IMG/VR virus record: IMGVR_UViG_3300033512_000519
Location: 1 to 52,530 of that record
DNA from: a virus
Lineage: Duplodnaviria; Caudoviricetes
DNA: 52,530 nt
Strand: one strand, 5' to 3'
Positions 1 through 9,234 of this stretch are shown here, piece after piece. Position numbers and translations under genes: made by a program. Positions within the stretch are counted from its first letter, which is position 1. Each line of letters starts with the position of its first letter. The notes below the pieces were generated by a model. It searched no databases, was not told where the DNA came from, and saw nothing but the letters and a program-made list of their open reading frames with translations.

Positions 1-62
1 AAATTTATGTATAATATTTAGAAAAGGAGAATGGTGTGAAAGTCGTTCGGCTACATCCAGCT

Positions 63-114
63 AGCCTGAAGGCTCTTGAAAAATCAATTTTGATTTTTCA
101 ATCCTGCTACGCAG
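63..114. repeat. Cluster of three hairpins, possible IS200/IS605-like end remnant
   Basis: AGCC-TGAA-GGCT (63-74), 12-bp inverted repeat TTGAAAAATCAA-tt-TTGATTTTTCAA (76-101), CTGC-TAC-GCAG (104-114). They lie between an RBS (AAGGAG, ~24-29) and a 5'-truncated gene. Confidence 0.45.
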
Positions 115-132
115 TATGGGTTTCACGCCTCA

Positions 133-369
133 CATTATGAAAATAACAGTAATCATTCAGAACACTTCACTAACGGTATCAACGGTATGACACTGATAGA
201 TGTAATAGAAATGTTTTGCGATTGGAAGTGTGCATCAGAAAGACATGCAGACGGAGATATATTAAAATCAATAGAAATTAATTGCAAAAGATTTAACATT
301 GATCAACAATTAAGGCAGATCATATTAAACACTGCTGAATTATTTAACTGCAAAGAGAGTGTAATTTGA
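133..369 (+). pseudogene. 5'-truncated DUF5662-like protein
   Basis: The frame upstream of ATG 187 reads HYENNSNHSEHFTNGING, then MTLIDVIEMFCDWKCASERH, matching the C-terminal half of DUF5662. In-frame TGA at 91-93; N-terminal half absent. Confidence 0.65.
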
Positions 370-644
370 AAAAAATAATTATTAGTGAAGGATGTTTGGC
401 ATTTTATACAACAGTTGATGGCAAAATGTTATACGGAGAAGATTTTCAAAAGGATGTAATGTCTGAACAAGAGAGAGGAGAACTAATAGACTACCTTCTT
501 GTTAAAGTTAAAGAAAATGTAAAACAAGGAAGCATAGCGATTAACAGTTTAATTGAATTATTTCAATATGACAATTATGAATCAGGAGACGAACCTTGCG
601 ATCAATGCGGGGACACTGTAAGTAAAACTTATTATGAGATTTAA
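366..644 (+). CDS. Hypothetical protein with C-terminal CxxC
   Basis: 92-aa ORF, TTG start overlapping the upstream stop, PCDQCGD motif. Confidence 0.6.
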   Translation: MKKIIISEGCLAFYTTVDGKMLYGEDFQKDVMSEQERGELIDYLLVKVKENVKQGSIAINSLIELFQYDNYESGDEPCDQCGDTVSKTYYEI

Positions 645-645
645 C

Positions 646-749
646 TTGCTTTTATTCAAAAATACAATATAATATTAAAATAATAGTGGTGAAATAATAA
701 TATAAGGAGGACGATCGTGAAATTCATAAAGACAACTTACTTAAAATAA
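646..749 (+). pseudogene. Promoter, RBS and 10-codon gene stub (MKFIKTTYLK*)
   Basis: TTGCTT-N16-TATAAT (646-673), AAGGAGG (704-710), GTG 717, TAA 747-749. Runs head-on into the truncated methyltransferase. Confidence 0.5.
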
Positions 750-1107
750 ACATATATTCAAATATTTGATGATACCTGTCAGTACTAGGATTTGCCATTC
801 CTGATTTTTCGTAAATCATCGTATCATGAATATTAAACCCAATTTCTTTGAAATATAATGCTTGTTTAAATGAAGTTAATGTCTCACATCCATCAATTGT
901 AGAATCTCCAACTACCCAAACAACCATTCCTCCATTTTTAGTAATCCGATAAAGTTCATTGGCAACTTGTTTAAAGTCAAACGAATATCCATTATAATCT
1001 CTTAAATTATCATATGGTGGGCTAGTCAAAACTAAATCAATATAATTATCGTCCATTTTAGACATTGTATCAATACAGTTCTCATTATATATTTGATTTG
1101 TTTTCAT
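724..1107 (-). pseudogene. 3'-truncated beta-class DNA methyltransferase (N6_N4_Mtase family)
   Basis: IDLVLTSPPY catalytic motif and HDTMIYEK...FEYMFILSK are present. The ORF ends at 127 aa with no DPFxGxG SAM-binding motif. Confidence 0.8.
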
Positions 1108-1145
1108 GTTTTCTATTATACAATATGGAAATATAGAAAAAATAG

Positions 1146-1182
1146 AAAAAAAGAGGCTCAGGCGAACCTGAACCTCTTTTCT
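1146..1182 (-). terminator. Rho-independent terminator after the duplicated capsid-gene end
   Basis: Minus strand GAGGTTCAGG-TTCG-CCTGAGCCTC followed by T7. Confidence 0.8.
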
Positions 1183-1183
1183 G

Positions 1184-1252
1184 TTTTAATCAGTTAGATT
1201 AAGAACCAGCAGTTACTGCAACTTTCACACAGGCATAGCTGTTGATAATTAC
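1184..1252 (-). repeat. 69-bp direct repeat copy A (duplicate of capsid gene 3' end)
   Basis: 66/69 identical to 1899-1967, offset 715 bp. Confidence 0.95.
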
Positions 1253-1536
1253 TCGTATTGACTTACATATTCATCCCCTTCGTGTCCGAAACCCATCGAT
1301 GATAATATCTCAATAACTTGATTTCTTTGATTCTCTGCTCTTTGCTTAAGTTCTGGAGTAATCAATCTTGTATCCTCTTCTAAAGAACTGTTCATTTCGT
1401 CGGTTTCATCTTCTGATAAATCTTCTGAACCCGGATACATAAACCCAAATCCCCAAGGGAAATAAGAATTTGAATTTACACTATATACATCATCGCCTAT
1501 TTGGGACTGGAGTTTCGATCTCACAGATTCAAACAT
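1249..1536 (-). CDS. Acidic hypothetical protein, probably the frameshifted C-terminal half of 1529-1825
   Basis: MFESVRSK... begins right after an A8 run. Removing one A fuses it to the upstream ORF (191 aa). Confidence 0.6.
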   Translation of the reverse strand: MFESVRSKLQSQIGDDVYSVNSNSYFPWGFGFMYPGSEDLSEDETDEMNSSLEEDTRLITPELKQRAENQRNQVIEILSSMGFGHEGDEYVSQYE

Positions 1537-1825
1537 TTTTTTTCTCATTTTTTGAAAGTTTACTAACGGCTCCGCCGTAAGCATCCTCGCAAGCCTCTTT
1601 AACAAAAAACATAATACCAGTACTAGATCCGTATGGAGCCATATCGACATCTCCAACTCCAAAATAATATTCTTGCGGATTAAGGAATTCTTTTTCTTCT
1701 TTAATAACTCTCTCAATTGTATATAAAGCTTTTTTGTTCCATCCCGCTTTTTTACCAATTGATTCCCATTCACTCTTCGATATCTTAATGGTTTTCTTAC
1801 CACTCGCCTTTTTTACTATTTTCAT
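1529..1825 (-). CDS. Leader-bearing putative internal head protein, N-terminal part
   Basis: First 33 aa are 26/33 identical to the N-terminus of 19761-20129. RBS GGAG upstream. Confidence 0.75.
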   Translation of the reverse strand: MKIVKKASGKKTIKISKSEWESIGKKAGWNKKALYTIERVIKEEKEFLNPQEYYFGVGDVDMAPYGSSTGIMFFVKEACEDAYGGAVSKLSKNEKKNV

Positions 1826-1858
1826 AGCTACTCCGTCTTAGTTTATTTACATTGTGAT

Positions 1859-1892
1859 AAAAAGAAAAGGTAGGGGAAACCCCTACCTTTTC
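1859..1892 (-). terminator. Rho-independent terminator of the capsid operon
   Basis: GC-rich stem AAAAGGTAGGGG / CCCCTACCTTTT followed by a T tract. Confidence 0.85.
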
Positions 1893-1898
1893 TAAAGC

Positions 1899-1967
1899 TT
1901 TTAATCAGTTAGATTAAGAACCAGCAGTTACTGTAATTTTCGCACAGGCATAGCTGTTGATAATTAC
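1899..1967 (-). repeat. 69-bp direct repeat copy B (capsid gene 3' end plus 15 nt)
   Basis: Matches 1184-1252 with 3 mismatches. Confidence 0.95.
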
Positions 1968-2780
1968 AATACCGATTTCCTCATATATAACCCAGCCGAG
2001 GCGGAGTTTCTTAGGATCGTCCGCTGGGAGAACAGTGATGTCCTGACGAATCGGGAAAGCACCAACGTACTCAGCAGGGGCGAGCAAGAATACCGTATCG
2101 GTAGGGCATTTTGAAGACACATGAATGTCAGCCGTGAACAAGTGTCCGAAGAGACCTGTTGTCAGAACTTCTTTCTGTGTTGCTTCATCGTACACCGTTT
2201 TACCGAAGTTACGGATATCCGCATAACGAAGAGCGTGGCAAATGATCTTACCAACGGTAAGGTCATGCTGCTCGATTGTTGCAAACGCCTGATTCAATGC
2301 GTTAAGTGTTAATGTGCCACCAGTTGAAACAACTGTATGAGCGGCATCAACTGCTGCATTAATAGCGTTGAAGATGTTCAGGTCTTCTTCCTTCTGGATC
2401 GCTTCTTTCGCCTTGATCTGCGCACGGTCTACAATGTAGAAACGGCGAGCCTTGATTTCAGAAAGACGAATCGTAGGATTCGTTGCGATTTCGAAAGTAG
2501 GAACCAAGATTTCCTCACCTTCTGTGATCATATCAGGAACGGCACCACGACGTGAAATCACGTGGGCTGTAGCTCTGACATCCTTCTCATAACGTGCATA
2601 AGCACCCTGAGGAAGCTCATCAACCATAAGCAGTTTACGACCAACCGCTTGATATTCCAAAGCTCTACGAATAGGTTCAACCATTGCCTGTGCAAGTGCC
2701 ACACGACCTTGAGGTGTATCTAACGCCTGAGCGATGAGCTTTTCTCTTTCAGCATTTACTGCTCTTTTATCTATAGCCAT
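1914..2780 (-). CDS. Major capsid protein (HK97 fold, no delta domain)
   Basis: LEYQAVGRKLLMVDELPQGA...EKDV and GWVIYEEIGIVIIN motifs. Follows protease and decoration genes; strong RBS and terminator. Size and order recall Bacillus phage G-type heads. Confidence 0.9.
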   Translation of the reverse strand: MAIDKRAVNAEREKLIAQALDTPQGRVALAQAMVEPIRRALEYQAVGRKLLMVDELPQGAYARYEKDVRATAHVISRRGAVPDMITEGEEILVPTFEIATNPTIRLSEIKARRFYIVDRAQIKAKEAIQKEEDLNIFNAINAAVDAAHTVVSTGGTLTLNALNQAFATIEQHDLTVGKIICHALRYADIRNFGKTVYDEATQKEVLTTGLFGHLFTADIHVSSKCPTDTVFLLAPAEYVGAFPIRQDITVLPADDPKKLRLGWVIYEEIGIVIINSYACAKITVTAGS

Positions 2781-2843
2781 TTTATTCTCTCCTTTAAGTT
2801 GTTATAGGGGTTTCCTATAAAGAACTAGTTATTGTTATTTACC

Positions 2844-3359
2844 TTAGATGGTAAGTTTGATTTCCAGATATGTATTGCTGTTATCACCACTAAGTGCCTG
2901 ATCGCCATTGATGTCAACGCCCGGTACGCCCGTAGGATAAGTACCCGCAGCCTGAATCAAACGACCAACCACGCCAGATGTGATTGATTCTGCCGCTGTG
3001 CAAAGCAAACCATTGTTTGCATAGAGAGCATCACCAATTGTCGCAGAAGCTACATTCGCACTGAACTGGTCAGTAGCAAATTCACCACCGCTATGATATA
3101 CTGTCATTTTGCCAGAAGCTTTTGTTTCATCGAAATAATCCGACGCTCTGGACTGCCAACCTGCTACAATGCCGGGCATTGCAGATGCGCTTGTTGATTT
3201 AGTGTCACCAGCAATACCATAAGGGGCAGTGAAGGTAGCGCTTTGCAGAACTACTTCGCCAGATGCGTTCAAAGACACAATCTGTCCTTTATTAATTGTT
3301 TGACCTGAGGCAACAGCTCTCTCAGCAGCGACTACATGATATCTTTCTATAAGAGCCAT
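2844..3359 (-). CDS. Head decoration/cement protein
   Basis: 171 aa, beta-rich, G/A/T-rich (KGQIVSL, GKMTVY, GDALY), directly upstream of the capsid gene. Confidence 0.75.
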   Translation of the reverse strand: MALIERYHVVAAERAVASGQTINKGQIVSLNASGEVVLQSATFTAPYGIAGDTKSTSASAMPGIVAGWQSRASDYFDETKASGKMTVYHSGGEFATDQFSANVASATIGDALYANNGLLCTAAESITSGVVGRLIQAAGTYPTGVPGVDINGDQALSGDNSNTYLEIKLTI

Positions 3360-3516
3360 AATTTAATCTCCTTTTTTGTTTTTGTTACGTTTCTTTCTAT
3401 TGGCTGATTTGTCTTCGGTTTAATTAAATTCAATAATACTTTTCGTTTCAAACTATATTACTTCTTTTTAGTGCATTCTAATTTACAACAGTGTCTATGC
3501 CAACTTTCGCTATTTG

Positions 3517-3543
3517 TATTCTATGAATAAATGTGAAATCCCT
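3517..3543 (-). promoter_or_regulatory. AGG-N19-GAATA putative late promoter for decoration and capsid genes
   Basis: Same motif and spacing recur upstream of more than a dozen genes in this window. Confidence 0.7.
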
Positions 3544-3565
3544 TTTTTTATTTTCATTTTTCCAC

Positions 3566-3600
3566 AAAAAAAGCCTATCCAATTAAGGATAGGCTTTTTT
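3566..3600 (-). terminator. Bidirectional-type terminator after the protease/scaffold gene
   Basis: AAAAAAGCCTATCC-aattaa-GGATAGGCTTTTTT. Confidence 0.85.
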
Positions 3601-3617
3601 ATTGTTATATTGTTAGA

Positions 3618-6600
3618 TTATTTTTCACCATATATTGTCAATTCTTTATCAAACTTAGAATTTCCAATTGTAAATGAACTTGCTAATCTTGTTGCCAAAT
3701 TGTCGCTATCGCTACCCATTGGTTTTGATTCCTGAACGATTGCTGGTATACCATGACCAGTTACAACAGTCTTTTCAGCAGAAGCCGTTTTAACTGTTTT
3801 CTCTGGGAACATGCGACCTGCTACGACCTGTATCTGATCGGTTTCAAATCCCATCAAAGATTGAACAACTGTGTCAAAGGTTTCTTTGTCGCTAGCTATT
3901 CTTTTATTTGAAGCCAACCATGCTGCTGTTTGAATCGCTTCGTTTTTGCGAGCATTGGCGATACGATCCATCTGGACTTGACGTTTCTGCTGTACCTGTT
4001 TTAACATTTCGTCATTAATTGCAGGCATATCTTTCTGCATTTCCTTTTTATGACCCATGTAAGAACTATCGACTGGTACATCTGGTGCATCAGCCTTAGG
4101 ATTAATATTGTCAGCTCCTTCATTTCCCATTTCCGCATTGCCACGAGGAATGCTTGGTTTAGCCATAGGAACATCAATATTATCCGCACCTTCATTTCCT
4201 ATAGTTGCTTTGGAACGAGGAACACCAGCTTCCACATCGCCTTCTACTGAATCAACTTCTTGCAATTTTTTGGCTTCTTTATTAAGCAGTTCCAAAATTG
4301 ATTCTTTTGAAACGCCTGCTACTTTGGCTAATTTTGTCGCAATACTATCAGCTACCTCTGCAATTACAGTACCTTTCATTTGGTTATTAATTTCGGGCAT
4401 TCCTTTACCTTTGTTAGCATGATCATATCCGCCTTGGATTTCTTTTTCATGCCCCATATAAGAGCTATCAACAGCTACTTCTGGAAGTCCAATTTTAGGA
4501 TTGATATTTTCTGCACTTTCGTTACCCATCTGTGCATTGGAACGAGGAATGCTTGGTTTGGCCATAGGAACATCGATATTATCGGCACCTTCGTTACGAA
4601 TAGTCGCCTTTGAACGAGGAACGCCAGCTTCTACATTCCCTTCGATGTCATTAACCAGTTTAGGTGTACTTGCCATCTTAAAAACCTCCTTATTTGTATT
4701 TCTTACTCTTTTACCATTCATAGCAAGTGCTATTTGTTTATTATCTTCGGTATTTTCTGTAACAACAGAATCTAATACCGTTTGATTAGATTGAGAAGAT
4801 TCTTTTTCTATTTTTTCTTCTTTGTCGTCGTCTTTTTCCTCTTTATCGTCTTTTGGACATTCGCAAGGATCGCATTCGCATTTTGCACATTCCTTACAAT
4901 CCTTACCAGCTTCTACTATTTCATTTTCAACTTCGGCTTCGATTTCAATAAAATCGGCTGGTGGTAAAGCAGATCCGATATCCGCTTCATCCGCTTCAGC
5001 TAATTTTCTTTGTCTAGCTTCCATCTTGGCTACCTTTTGCTGCTCCATCATACGATTAAGAGTTGACAAGTCTTCAACCTTTATGCCGATCTCTAAATCT
5101 TTTTCAATATCTTCAGCAAAAGCATGAACATAGACGTTATCTGTCATTTCTGACGCAAAACGTTTCTTAACGCAATTGCAAATCGCTTCCGCTTCTTTCA
5201 AGCCATGTCCTTCATTTTTAGTCTGATCTTCGATGCATTCATCCCAAGGATCTTTTTCCATTGATATTGAAGCCATTTTATTTAAATGACGTATTTTACG
5301 GAATCCTAATCTTTGAAGTTCGCCGCATACGCAATCAGCCATCAATTTGCCTTTGCAAGGTCCGAATGAAGCAACAGTGTCACCACCGTATTTTCTCGCT
5401 AAACGTTCCATACATGCGCTTTTTGGGAAGCTATCTGAATTAGCTGATGCTGTTTTCAACATTTTAGCAACTCTTAATTCAGAAGCAAATTTCAAAGCCT
5501 CTTCTTTGCATGACTCACAATTTTCAACATCTGGGAATATATCCCATTGCACTCTTAATACTCCAACCTCAGGATTGCTTGCGCTAACCATGAAATCTTT
5601 TTCTACAGGAGTTCCGCATGCATGACAAGAGAATTCGGTATGTCCGTCAGCCTCAACAGCAGGCTTGCAATGTTTAGCACCGCATGATGGGCAAACGTGT
5701 CCATGTGCCTTCTGGTTATTGGCAATTCTAACGATAGAACCTTTACCAATATTAGTCTGAGCCGCTACTGGAAGTGCAGGAACTTCTGGTGCTTCTGGAG
5801 AGTCTGGAGATTCTGCTCCCTCTTCTCCAACGCTCTTTGTAGGCTTGATTATCTTGAACTCAACTGTCTTCTTGAGAAGAGCTTCGTATTCTGCCGTACA
5901 AGCGTTGCAAGAACCTTTGATGTCTCCACCTTCGTTTGTAACATCAACGTCTGTACTTCCGCATTCTGGACAAACAGTCCAAGGCATTTGACGTTCTCCG
6001 TCAGTAGGAATATCAGTGTCATCCATTCCAGCCGCTGGGTCTGTGGTTAACGCCTGAACTGGATCTCCTCCGGGCATTGCACCGGGCAATCCTTGTTCTG
6101 GAGCACCCTGAGCACCCTGATCCATCCCCGGCATTCCGCCACCCATAGGTGATTGAGCCTTGCGATTTATTTTTGAAGATACTTTGCTAGACTGCTTGCT
6201 CATTTTCTTTTCAGATGATGCCCATGAGTTACCAAGACCTTCGCCAGACATATCGCCCTCTGGAACTGTTTCGTCAGCTGGAGGAGCCATATCTGCTCCG
6301 CCAATAGGAATTTCAGTTGTTCCTGTGCCAGTGTCGATATTCACTTCATTTTCCTCTGTATCCGTTTGAACAGCGATTTGAATAGTATCGCCATTGATTG
6401 TTACATTGGTAATAGAAGCCATACGGAGATTTTGAGAAGCAAGAGCGCCTTTTGCAAACGCTACAACATCCTTCTTAAATGAAGGGTTGTTTTTCGTTGT
6501 ACCCATCTCGCTAAACGAAGTCTGGATTACAGTGTCAGCCTTGCCCAAGCCTTCTTTATTAACTATCTCATTGGTATTATCTTTTTTTTCAACTGAAGCT

Positions 6601-9230
6601 AATATTTGCTTTCTTTCAGCATCTCTTTCTTCTCTAGAGGATTTAGCTTTTTTTGTTTGAAGAGCGGCACGTAATTCAGCTTTACGATTAACCTTAGCTG
6701 TTTTCTCTTGAGTTGCAGAAGCCAAAACTTCTTCAATTTTTTGAGAAACACTATCAATACCGTCCTGTCCTTCAGAAATAATATCTAAAGCATCAATCAA
6801 GATATCAGGATTGATTGTTTGATCGGCGGCATAAGTTCTCAAGCCATCGACAATTGAATTTGCGATGTCTTTATTACCAGCACTAGCAACCTTGAGGTTT
6901 TTATTCTGCCAGAAAGCTACTCTCTTGGCATAATCAATTTCTTCTCTTGGTTTAGAATCTTCAATTAAAGAAGTCGCCAAATTGTAACGGTTTTCTAAGG
7001 AATCAACTAAGCCAGCAGAAACTGAGCAAGCCTCATCAGGTGTACATCCAGTTTGAATAGCAGACTCGGCGATAACCTTGATTACGCATTCCATATGTTC
7101 GGAAGCACTTTTGAACATTGCAGCATTACGCTTGGCAGATCTAGCCCAAGGAGCGGAAGTGTTTTTAAGTTGATTTTCAGTTACCGTATCGGGTTCAGAA
7201 TTAACTCTTTTCTCATCTAATTGCTTTTGAGTAATCATATGGAGATCGGCGTTCTCTCTGTAATTACCTAACTGGTGCTCTTGAACACGATCAACAGTCT
7301 CATTTAGTCTTGGGTGATGTTTAATCCCCTCGTCGAGTTGAGCTTCAGTTAATTCGTCTTCTTCACCTGTACGCAAATCCTCTAATTGTTTTTGCGTGGT
7401 TGAATGTTTATCATCTTTCTGTCTAGCATGATAAAGATCTGAACGTTCCAGCTGTCCTTCCTGAACTTGATCTGGAGTTGTTTGAACTGTAATTGCTCCA
7501 GCTTTTCTACTGATATCGATCATCTTATTTACTCCTTCTTTTTGTTTGTTTAGATTATTCGCAAATGTATCCAGTAAGTTTATTGCTGCATCCTTAGGCG
7601 ACTCTATAATTTCATTTCTTTCTTCTTCTGTTAAATCCTCATATGTCCACACTCTTTTTTCCGACGATCCTTTATCTTCGGCGACAATGATGAATGATTC
7701 ACCTGTTTTGTTTACAGACAAACGATGTTCGTTGTTTTGTATTGACGGTACTTTCTTTATATACTCAAAAAATGATTGTTTTTCCTCCCACGAATTTGAT
7801 AAAACTTCAATTGCCTTCTGTTTTTGAGCTTTTTTCTCTGAAATAGTTCTTCTAGCCGCCATATCTATATCTCCTGTTTTATTAATTCTTTCACAAATAT
7901 TCAATGCTTTTCGTAAAAACTCCTTCCCATCTGCTAGTCTTTGATCATAAGGAACACTCTTTATTCTACAACTTACGTCAGAAATTCTTTGTATAGAACG
8001 ACTATCTTCTATTTCAGACGTTCTAGGTTTTACCGGAGCTGTTATTGGCAAATTAGGTGAAGACGCAGATGGTTTACTAGGCGATCCGCTTACTTTACCA
8101 ACTGCCATCGCCGTTTCAGAAGCCGCTGGAGTAGGCATAGGTGCTCCCTGAGGAGGTTGCATACCTGCTACTGGCGGTTCCATTCCTAAAGTTACATTAT
8201 CTGCTGCCCCCGCTGCTCCTGCTGCTCCACCACCTTCCATATTACCAACTGTACCGGGAACTTCTGCACCTTGTACATTACCATAACCAGCACCTACAAG
8301 TTCTTCCAACCAAGTTTGCAAATCGGACATTATTTTTACTAAGTCGCTAGAAAATTCCATCTCAACTTGCTTACGATTCTGAATAAGACTAACTGCAATT
8401 TGCTCTAATGTTTCAAGACACTGTTCTATCTGATCAATTTCTTCTTGACTGGCTTCCTTGTGAATTGCCGCTGTTTTAATCATACGAAATTCATTTTCCA
8501 TTGAAGCAACTCTTGACAAGAAATTATCGTTTGGTATAATTCCCTCAATATGACAATTAGGACAGGCAGGATCTACAACTGCACTTAATTCTATAAATTT
8601 CAAACCATGATTGTACTCAAATACAGTCTCGTCTTTAAATTGTTTTTCCTCGCCAGTCTTAACATTGCGAGCTTTTCCTGAGAATTTTCTGCCTTTTCTA
8701 TTTCTAATATGACTGCAATAGTCCTCAGTTCTTTCAGCTCTATTTCCGCAAATATTACAGCAGCTATATTCAACGCTACATCCCATTGAAACGCCTGTTA
8801 CATACTCTTCTTCAATTGACCGACATATGTGAGGATAAGCATCTCTATCAATGAAACAAATTGTATATATGGCTTTCTCTTCTGGAACAGCTTCTGCAAA
8901 AATAACTTTACCACGAGCATTTTCTACGTTTTGATTGTCGTGATTTGTAAAGAAAGGGACGCCTTCGAAACTCTTATATGAACCTAAAAGTTCTTCCCAA
9001 GAAAAATAATCGCCATTTGTATTAGGACAATCTGCCTCGATAGCTTTGGCTCTGAAAAACAACGCATTTGGATGCTTTTTGATCTCAGCTAGAACAATAT
9101 TTTCTTTTTCGCTTCCCGGCTCAATAATAACACGACCACCAGCGGTACGCATCATTTTATCTCCACCTTCATTAGCTTTAGCAAATGGATTAATTTCTGT
9201 AAACTTAAATGAGGCTTTTTTTAGTATCAT
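3618..9230 (-). CDS. Prohead maturation protease/scaffold polyprotein (1870 aa)
   Basis: N-terminal protease domain (NxNGDYF, FTNHDN, GVSMGC, CxxC...CxH, FIELSAVVDPA). Then ExQL repeats, zinc ribbons, a duplicated 67-aa unit and a coiled-coil scaffold-like C-terminus. Upstream of decoration and capsid genes. Confidence 0.85.
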   Translation of the reverse strand: MILKKASFKFTEINPFAKANEGGDKMMRTAGGRVIIEPGSEKENIVLAEIKKHPNALFFRAKAIEADCPNTNGDYFSWEELLGSYKSFEGVPFFTNHDNQNVENARGKVIFAEAVPEEKAIYTICFIDRDAYPHICRSIEEEYVTGVSMGCSVEYSCCNICGNRAERTEDYCSHIRNRKGRKFSGKARNVKTGEEKQFKDETVFEYNHGLKFIELSAVVDPACPNCHIEGIIPNDNFLSRVASMENEFRMIKTAAIHKEASQEEIDQIEQCLETLEQIAVSLIQNRKQVEMEFSSDLVKIMSDLQTWLEELVGAGYGNVQGAEVPGTVGNMEGGGAAGAAGAADNVTLGMEPPVAGMQPPQGAPMPTPAASETAMAVGKVSGSPSKPSASSPNLPITAPVKPRTSEIEDSRSIQRISDVSCRIKSVPYDQRLADGKEFLRKALNICERINKTGDIDMAARRTISEKKAQKQKAIEVLSNSWEEKQSFFEYIKKVPSIQNNEHRLSVNKTGESFIIVAEDKGSSEKRVWTYEDLTEEERNEIIESPKDAAINLLDTFANNLNKQKEGVNKMIDISRKAGAITVQTTPDQVQEGQLERSDLYHARQKDDKHSTTQKQLEDLRTGEEDELTEAQLDEGIKHHPRLNETVDRVQEHQLGNYRENADLHMITQKQLDEKRVNSEPDTVTENQLKNTSAPWARSAKRNAAMFKSASEHMECVIKVIAESAIQTGCTPDEACSVSAGLVDSLENRYNLATSLIEDSKPREEIDYAKRVAFWQNKNLKVASAGNKDIANSIVDGLRTYAADQTINPDILIDALDIISEGQDGIDSVSQKIEEVLASATQEKTAKVNRKAELRAALQTKKAKSSREERDAERKQILASVEKKDNTNEIVNKEGLGKADTVIQTSFSEMGTTKNNPSFKKDVVAFAKGALASQNLRMASITNVTINGDTIQIAVQTDTEENEVNIDTGTGTTEIPIGGADMAPPADETVPEGDMSGEGLGNSWASSEKKMSKQSSKVSSKINRKAQSPMGGGMPGMDQGAQGAPEQGLPGAMPGGDPVQALTTDPAAGMDDTDIPTDGERQMPWTVCPECGSTDVDVTNEGGDIKGSCNACTAEYEALLKKTVEFKIIKPTKSVGEEGAESPDSPEAPEVPALPVAAQTNIGKGSIVRIANNQKAHGHVCPSCGAKHCKPAVEADGHTEFSCHACGTPVEKDFMVSASNPEVGVLRVQWDIFPDVENCESCKEEALKFASELRVAKMLKTASANSDSFPKSACMERLARKYGGDTVASFGPCKGKLMADCVCGELQRLGFRKIRHLNKMASISMEKDPWDECIEDQTKNEGHGLKEAEAICNCVKKRFASEMTDNVYVHAFAEDIEKDLEIGIKVEDLSTLNRMMEQQKVAKMEARQRKLAEADEADIGSALPPADFIEIEAEVENEIVEAGKDCKECAKCECDPCECPKDDKEEKDDDKEEKIEKESSQSNQTVLDSVVTENTEDNKQIALAMNGKRVRNTNKEVFKMASTPKLVNDIEGNVEAGVPRSKATIRNEGADNIDVPMAKPSIPRSNAQMGNESAENINPKIGLPEVAVDSSYMGHEKEIQGGYDHANKGKGMPEINNQMKGTVIAEVADSIATKLAKVAGVSKESILELLNKEAKKLQEVDSVEGDVEAGVPRSKATIGNEGADNIDVPMAKPSIPRGNAEMGNEGADNINPKADAPDVPVDSSYMGHKKEMQKDMPAINDEMLKQVQQKRQVQMDRIANARKNEAIQTAAWLASNKRIASDKETFDTVVQSLMGFETDQIQVVAGRMFPEKTVKTASAEKTVVTGHGIPAIVQESKPMGSDSDNLATRLASSFTIGNSKFDKELTIYGEK
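4035..4634 (-). repeat. Two 201-bp (67-aa) internal repeats in the protease/scaffold gene
   Basis: 4434-4634 and 4035-4235, VEAGVPRSKATI...DSSYMGHxKExQ, 55/67 aa identical. Confidence 0.9.
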
Positions 9231-9234
9231 AATC

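Noticed and set aside
1537-1803. N-terminal half of the listed 184-aa ORF (1249-1803)
   Set aside because: It overlaps the leader-bearing ORF 1529-1825 out of frame. Only 1249-1536 looks coding.
1184-1967. 69-bp repeat pair as a DGR template/variable region
   Set aside because: Mismatches on the coding strand are C/T, A/G and A/G, so not adenine-only in either direction. No reverse transcriptase in the window.
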